NCBI GenBank assembly: GCA_041659405.1
Contig: JBAZYK010000011.1
Span: 31,674 to 63,673 of the forward strand
DNA: 32,000 bases
Origin: Candidatus Altimarinota bacterium
GTDB taxonomy: Bacteria; Patescibacteriota; Gracilibacteria; UBA1369
Direction of reading: 5' to 3'
The translations under genes and the position numbers were made by a program. Positions 27,372-32,000 of the stretch are shown piece by piece; the stretch's first letter is position 1; each line of letters starts with the position of its first letter. The notes beneath the pieces are model-generated. The model ran no database searches. It was not told where the DNA came from and saw only the letters and a list, made by a program, of their open reading frames with translations.

Positions 27372-27677
27372 ATGAAATTATCCACAATTTACAACGCAGC
27401 TCTGGAAAAAGCCGACGCAGATGCGGCAGAAGTCATGATGCGCATGAGTCCAAAGTTAGGTTTAAGTAATCTTGACGACCTTCAAGGTAAAAAAAATCGA
27501 CAAGAAGCCTTAGAAAGAGTTAATTTTGTTTATAATTTATCTGGTCCCATTGGAAAAATTGGATTTAGAGTCATAGAAGAAATAAGGGCAATAGATTGGG
27601 GTGATCGAATGGAAGAATTTCATGGAATAAACCAACAGGAATGGTATAAAGAACTTGGCAATTTCCAAAAAAATTAA
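27372..27677 (+). CDS. Cassette-encoded hypothetical protein
   Basis: 101-aa ORF starting 48 bp after the cassette boundary and ending just before an attC-like site. Confidence 0.75.
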   Translation: MKLSTIYNAALEKADADAAEVMMRMSPKLGLSNLDDLQGKKNRQEALERVNFVYNLSGPIGKIGFRVIEEIRAIDWGDRMEEFHGINQQEWYKELGNFQKN

Positions 27678-27699
27678 AATTTCCCTCCGGTCGTACAGC

Positions 27700-27814
27700 A
27701 GCTAACAGCGCCCAACCGGTTCGCCCTGCGGGGCTCTCCCAAATTTTGTGGCGGTGAGTCGCTCCGCTCCCAATTATACCGCCACAAAACTTCGGTTAGG
27801 CGCGGACGTTATAT
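27700..27814 (+). repeat. attC-like site b
   Basis: TAACAGCGCCCAACCGG ... TTCGGTTAGGCGCGGACGTTATAT. Confidence 0.9.
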
Positions 27815-27954
27815 GAAATATGCTTTTCTTTTTACGGCTAACGCCTTACACTTTTCTATAATGAACAAATTTTATTTTTAATTTTTTAGAGGGGGTATAT
27901 GGTATTTTTTCCGCTACGCTCCGAAAATGATTTATTAAATATAATTAAAAACAT

Positions 27955-28920
27955 ATGAAAAACGAAGTAGAAATTTTTGATGAAGAAAATACAATCGTCA
28001 TTGACGATGAATATACAACTAATACTTTTGAATTTTTTCCTGACGAGAAAAAATTCAAGATCGATGTGAGTATCAAAGATGATTTTCATCATAATTATTC
28101 AACAATTGAATATAAAATTTCAGATGATCCTATTAATTTAAAAATGCGTACGATAGAGCTTTTTCATGAATTTATAGGCGGGAAAAGTGATTCAATAAAA
28201 GACGGGGTTGTCTTGGAATCGGAACTCAGAAAAGATAAATTTAATAACCAAGAAAGAATAGACGATTTGAAAAAAGAAGTAGAGTGGTCAAATGTTGTCA
28301 TATTCGGCAACCCCGAAGTCAATCTTTATATTCTATCTAAACACCCAGAGATAATCTCAAAAGATGATTATAGGAAATTTTTGCGTCAGTCTATAGAGAG
28401 AATTAGAGATGGCGTTGCTAAAGTAAAAGAAATAGTAAAAACTGATTTTCATGGATTGGAAATCCATACGGGCGACCATGGAATGAGTATTTGGTATCCA
28501 GACAATGAATCGGAAAAGAAAGAAAGTGAGGCATATTGGGATTTACCGAAAGATAAGCGTGATAATTCTGCCTATGGTAAGAAGCTAAAATATGTCGAGG
28601 ATTTTAATAAATCGCTTTTTGATGAAAAATCTTCAAGTTATGTTGGCATTTCTGAAATTGAGTTTAGAAGTAGTGATGAAATAGTTGAATATGTCCAAAA
28701 ACTACTTGATAAAAAAGACGAGCCCGCTAAAAAAGAAGTTAAACCTAAAATTTCAAAAACAAAAGGATTTATTATTTCTCTGTTTATAACACTTATTCTT
28801 TCATGGGTTGTAAGCTGGTTTGTGGATATACACCCATTTTTGATTTTTATAATCGTGCAAGTTATCGCATTTGCACAAAGCATAATTGGTGGTTGGCTAG
28901 AAAAAATATTAGAAAAATAA
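27955..28920 (+). CDS. Cassette-encoded hypothetical protein with C-terminal TM helices
   Basis: 321 aa; two hydrophobic segments near the C-terminus (GFIISLFITLILSWVVSWFV, PFLIFIIVQVIAFAQSIIGGW). Confidence 0.8.
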   Translation: MKNEVEIFDEENTIVIDDEYTTNTFEFFPDEKKFKIDVSIKDDFHHNYSTIEYKISDDPINLKMRTIELFHEFIGGKSDSIKDGVVLESELRKDKFNNQERIDDLKKEVEWSNVVIFGNPEVNLYILSKHPEIISKDDYRKFLRQSIERIRDGVAKVKEIVKTDFHGLEIHTGDHGMSIWYPDNESEKKESEAYWDLPKDKRDNSAYGKKLKYVEDFNKSLFDEKSSSYVGISEIEFRSSDEIVEYVQKLLDKKDEPAKKEVKPKISKTKGFIISLFITLILSWVVSWFVDIHPFLIFIIVQVIAFAQSIIGGWLEKILEK

Positions 28921-28933
28921 AATAGGTAATCGC

Positions 28934-29920
28934 ATGAATCAAAACGATTTGAAAATCATAGAAATTGGTCATCAAATCAGGGATCTCTTTAATAATTCCA
29001 CAATAAAAAAGACACAGGTTTATTCAAGAAAACAAAGTGGCGATTGGAATCAATTTTGTGCAGCATTAGATACACTTGAAGATACCTGCTTAGCGATAGA
29101 GAATTTTCAAAAAGATTCGAATAATTTATTTATAAAAAATCCATATTTAGCAACTTACGGACTTTTGCAGGCTCTTTTTATCCAACAAGACGCTGTAAAT
29201 TTTTTAAAAATATCCTTATTTGGTATAAGCAATAAAATTGATTGGAAGGACAAAAAATATTCAGAACTTTTTAAAATTAGGCAAGTCAGAAACGAAACCA
29301 TAGGACACCCCGTAAAAAAGGAGAACAAAGGCAATAAATCAAAGTATGAAAATGACGAAATCACCTCTTGCACCATTGATCGCTCATCTTTGAGCAAAGA
29401 CGGTTTTAGATACATGTTATGGATGCACTCAAAAACAGAAAGCAAAACGATAAAATTTACGGACATCATCAGTCAACAAGATAAATATCTCGGAAATGAA
29501 TTAGAAATTGTTATGAAAGAAATTCAAAAAGAAGAGAATCAACATAAAACAAAATTTAAAAATGAAAAATTGGCCGATTTGTTAAATAAACCTTCTCTGT
29601 ACCAGATAAATCATATTTATGGCGTTCAATGGAATGACCATTTAGCATGGCCTAGTTTTAATCATTATCACGAATTATACAAAAAAATAAGAAAGAGTTT
29701 AGAAGATCGCTATGGTAAATTTGGCGAAACTTTGAGGATTCCTGGAACGGAAGAAGTAATCAAAAAATTAGATTATGTATTTGGCAAAATTGAAACATTT
29801 CAAAAAACTGGTAATTTTGAAAATTACGAACTTGAGGTTTATATTGACGCTCTTGACGCTGGAATTAACGAGTTAAAAACTCATTTAGTAGAAGTTGATC
29901 AAGAATTTGAAATACAATAA
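28934..29920 (+). CDS. Cassette-encoded hypothetical protein with possible HEPN-like motif
   Basis: 328 aa; helical region PYLATYGLLQALFIQQDAVNFLK then LFKIRQVRNETIGHP, matching R-x4-6-H. Confidence 0.75.
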   Translation: MNQNDLKIIEIGHQIRDLFNNSTIKKTQVYSRKQSGDWNQFCAALDTLEDTCLAIENFQKDSNNLFIKNPYLATYGLLQALFIQQDAVNFLKISLFGISNKIDWKDKKYSELFKIRQVRNETIGHPVKKENKGNKSKYENDEITSCTIDRSSLSKDGFRYMLWMHSKTESKTIKFTDIISQQDKYLGNELEIVMKEIQKEENQHKTKFKNEKLADLLNKPSLYQINHIYGVQWNDHLAWPSFNHYHELYKKIRKSLEDRYGKFGETLRIPGTEEVIKKLDYVFGKIETFQKTGNFENYELEVYIDALDAGINELKTHLVEVDQEFEIQ

Positions 29921-30040
29921 GGAGTCTTGGCTTCGGGGCATTCACCCCCCAGCCCCTCTGCCCCTACGCCAAGACAAAAATAAAATTTGTTAATTACAAA
30001 AAAGTGCCGACTATCGTCGGAAAAAAGAAAAGCATACATC

Positions 30041-30138
30041 ATATAGCAGCGTATATCTGGTTCGCGCTTGGCTAACGCCAAATGCTCACCCATATTGCTC
30101 CCTACGGTCGCAACATCAGATATGCGCGAACGTTGTGC
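30041..30138 (+). repeat. attC-like site c
   Basis: AGCGTATATCTG pairs with CAGATATGCGC; ends GCGAACG^TTGTGC. Confidence 0.8.
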
Positions 30139-30410
30139 AACAAGTTGCTCACGCGTTTATTAATCAATCTTCCTAAAACTCAAAAAAACCTGGAAAAGTA
30201 AGAAGCTCCCGGTCTGTTCGCAACTCATCGCACAACAGCACACATGCGGTTCGCTGGCTTTCGGCTAATCCAAGGCACAAACTGCTCTTCAAAAAGGTTT
30301 AAGAAACCTATAAATCTCAAGAAAACTCTCACGCTCTCCCAACTTATTTGCAGCAGTCGCCCTTCGGGCATATTATACCGCTGCCAATAAGTTCGCATGG
30401 CGTGCGAACG
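30133..30410 (+). repeat. ORF-less cassette, copy 2 (278 bp)
   Basis: Appears identical by eye to 27046-27323. Confidence 0.93.
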
Positions 30411-30416
30411 TTGTTG
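30230..30416 (+). repeat. attC-like site d
   Basis: Same sequence as site a. Confidence 0.8.
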
Positions 30417-30465
30417 GAAATTATAAAAAATGCTACAATCACCCTTTAATCATTAAAAATAAGAT

Positions 30466-30705
30466 ATGAGAGATTATCCATCCGGAATGCCAGAAGTCAG
30501 CACAATAGAAGAAGCAATTGATGAGTTAGTTGGTCAATCTATTGGAACAAAAGTCCATTTAAATCAAAGTCTAGACAAGCCAGAAGACATTGAAAGTAAA
30601 CTTAAAGAAAAAGGCATAAAAGTTAGGGTTGATAAAGAATCAGATCCACATGATGGACGTAGAGGTGGAAGTTCAATAACATATATGCTAACTATTATTG
30701 AATAG
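30466..30705 (+). CDS. Cassette-encoded small hypothetical protein
   Basis: 79-aa ORF starting 55 bp after the cassette boundary. Confidence 0.75.
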   Translation: MRDYPSGMPEVSTIEEAIDELVGQSIGTKVHLNQSLDKPEDIESKLKEKGIKVRVDKESDPHDGRRGGSSITYMLTIIE

Positions 30706-30732
30706 GGGCTAGAACGCATTTTTTATCACATC

Positions 30733-30826
30733 CAACAACAGCGCCCATGTGGTTCGGCTGCGGCCTCTCCCAAATTTACTTTCCGCTTCGCTCCAAGTAA
30801 ACTTCACATAGGCGCGAACGTTGTGC
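30733..30826 (+). repeat. attC-like site e
   Basis: CAACAACAGCGCCCATGTGGTTCG ... CACATAGGCGCGAACGTTGTGC. Confidence 0.88.
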
Positions 30827-31098
30827 AACAAGTTGCTCACGCGTTTATTAATCAATCTTCCTAAAACTCAAAAAAACCTGGAAAAGTAAGAAGCTCCCGG
30901 TCTGTTCGCAACTCATCGCACAACAGCACACATGCGGTTCGCTGGCTTTCGGCTAATCCAAGGCACAAACTGCTCTTCAAAAAGGTTTAAGAAACCTATA
31001 AATCTCAAGAAAACTCTCACGCTCTCCCAACTTATTTGCAGCAGTCGCCCTTCGGGCATATTATACCGCTGCCAATAAGTTCGCATGGCGTGCGAACG
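30821..31098 (+). repeat. ORF-less cassette, copy 3 (278 bp)
   Basis: Appears identical by eye to copies 1 and 2. Confidence 0.93.
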
Positions 31099-31104
31099 TT
31101 AGCC
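30918..31104 (+). repeat. attC-like site f
   Basis: Same sequence as site a. Confidence 0.8.
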
Positions 31105-31126
31105 GCCATACTTAACTTAATCGATA

Positions 31127-31513
31127 ATGAAAAAACTATTACCAATTATCATAGTCGCTATTTTTTTACTTAGTGGATGTGTAGAAATGAAACCACCAGG
31201 AAATTGGTCCAAAGGGTCAGACAATAGGCTTATACTACAAGATTGGGCATTCTTTTATTTCCCAGAAGGTATAAATAAAGGAAGTGTAGTTGGACCAATT
31301 TTTCCTTATAACAACTCTTTGGAAGTATGCAAAAAAACAGCTCAAGAAAAATATCCTGAAAAAGATTATTTTTGTGGAACAGAATGCATATTTGTATGGG
31401 ATGGAATGACAATCGAACACTGCAAAAAAGGAGTAGTTGGGATATATTCAAAAGGAGAATATAAATTTATAATTAATCCTAAAATACAGGGTTTACACAT
31501 TACTGTGGATTAA
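31127..31513 (+). CDS. Cassette-encoded lipoprotein
   Basis: Lipobox MKKLLPIIIVAIFLLSGC; 128 aa; starts 28 bp after the cassette boundary. Confidence 0.82.
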   Translation: MKKLLPIIIVAIFLLSGCVEMKPPGNWSKGSDNRLILQDWAFFYFPEGINKGSVVGPIFPYNNSLEVCKKTAQEKYPEKDYFCGTECIFVWDGMTIEHCKKGVVGIYSKGEYKFIINPKIQGLHITVD

Positions 31514-31522
31514 ACGCACGGC

Positions 31523-31638
31523 GGCTAACAGCGCCTAACCGGTTCGCCTGCGGGCTCTCCCAAATTTTTTGTGGCGGTGGTCGCTCCGCTCCAAATTATA
31601 CCGCCACAAAAAACTTCGGTTAGGCGCGAACGTTGTGC
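31523..31638 (+). repeat. attC-like site g
   Basis: GGCTAACAGCGCCTAACCGG ... CGGTTAGGCGCGAACGTTGTGC, very similar to site b. Confidence 0.92.
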
Positions 31639-31875
31639 AACAAGTTACTCACGCACTTATTAACCGATCTTTCTAAAGCTCAAAAAGCCTGGAAAAGTAT
31701 TCATCTCCCGGTCTGTTCGCAACTCATCGCACAACAGCACACATGCGGTTCGCTTGCTTTCGGCCAATCTAAGGCACAATCTGCTCATCAAAAAGGTTTA
31801 AGAAACCCATAAATCTCAAGAAAACTCTCACGCTCTCCCAACTTATTTGCAGCAGTCGCCCTTCGGGCATATTAT
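31633..31875 (+). repeat. ORF-less cassette, copy 4, diverged and truncated
   Basis: About 18 substitutions versus copies 1-3; homology stops at CGGGCATATTAT inside the attC. Confidence 0.9.
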
Positions 31876-32000
31876 GGATCAGTAGATAATTAGTTTGAAA
31901 AAGTTACGCAATCAAGTTTTAATGATAGCAATTATCATTTAACGAAATTGCTATGTTGGAACATGACTTGTTATGGGATCTTTTGCCTGATGGGTTGAAA
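31876..32000 (+). mobile_element. Probable left end of an insertion sequence, with transposase N-terminus from 31953
   Basis: Abrupt loss of cassette homology; short leader then ATG encoding MLEHDLLWDLLPDGLK, resembling N-termini of IS transposases. Confidence 0.5.

Larger units (their letters stand above)
27046..31875 (+). mobile_element. Integron-like gene-cassette array (at least seven complete cassettes plus one truncated)
   Basis: Repeated attC-like sites ending in GCGAACG^TT or GCGGACG^TT with long imperfect inverted repeats; each gene-bearing cassette is oriented ORF then attC on the + strand. Confidence 0.9.

Noticed and set aside
27857-27862. TATAAT as a promoter for the two-gene cassette
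   Set aside because: No convincing -35 at 16-18 nt spacing was visible, so it is not listed as a feature.
27046-31875. CRISPR array or simple satellite repeats
   Set aside because: The repeat unit is 278 bp, intervening segments are 0.5-2.3 kb with ORFs, and boundaries follow the attC/GTT rule.
1-32000. Alternative genetic code (UGA as Gly, as in Gracilibacteria/Absconditabacteria)
   Set aside because: All recognised genes read through with standard stops, and core proteins such as ndk, L28, L33 and MscL end at expected lengths.

Overview
This is a chromosomal window of a low-to-moderate GC bacterium using the standard genetic code. Its style (large Cys-rich zinc-ribbon protein, DUF3352-like lipoprotein, LTD/cohesin/dockerin secreted protein, sortase) suggests a Patescibacteria/CPR-like genome; that taxonomy is inference only. 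The left ~25 kb is mostly core or ordinary accessory genes: aminotransferase class IV start, PabB/TrpE-like synthase, ndk, DUF3592-like protein, M16 peptidase, PBP2/FtsI-like transpeptidase, group IV PLP decarboxylase, ATP-grasp protein, tRNA-Trp, cupin, class F-type sortase, L33, L28, mscL, an M50-type protease and tRNA-Ser. Highlights: (1) an integron-like cassette array (about 27046-31875) with at least seven full attC-like sites and one truncated one. It lies divergently from a Xer/IntI-like tyrosine recombinase (25821-26693) that lacks the IntI-specific insertion. (2) A 278-bp ORF-less cassette present in three apparently identical copies plus one diverged, truncated copy, alternating with gene-bearing cassettes. 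(3) A ~2.3-kb two-gene cassette encoding a C-terminal-TM protein and a protein with an RNxxxxH HEPN-like motif, a candidate defence module. (4) A tRNA-Thr(GGU) gene interrupted by a 199-nt group I intron. (5) A 660-bp ORF6N mini-island flanked by 17-bp direct repeats of that tRNA's 3' end. (6) A secreted LTD-cohesin-Fn3-dockerin protein next to a membrane cohesin-like protein. (7) Several strong intergenic hairpins, two of which share a CUGA/GAAG internal-loop motif. An IS-like element appears to start inside the last attC.
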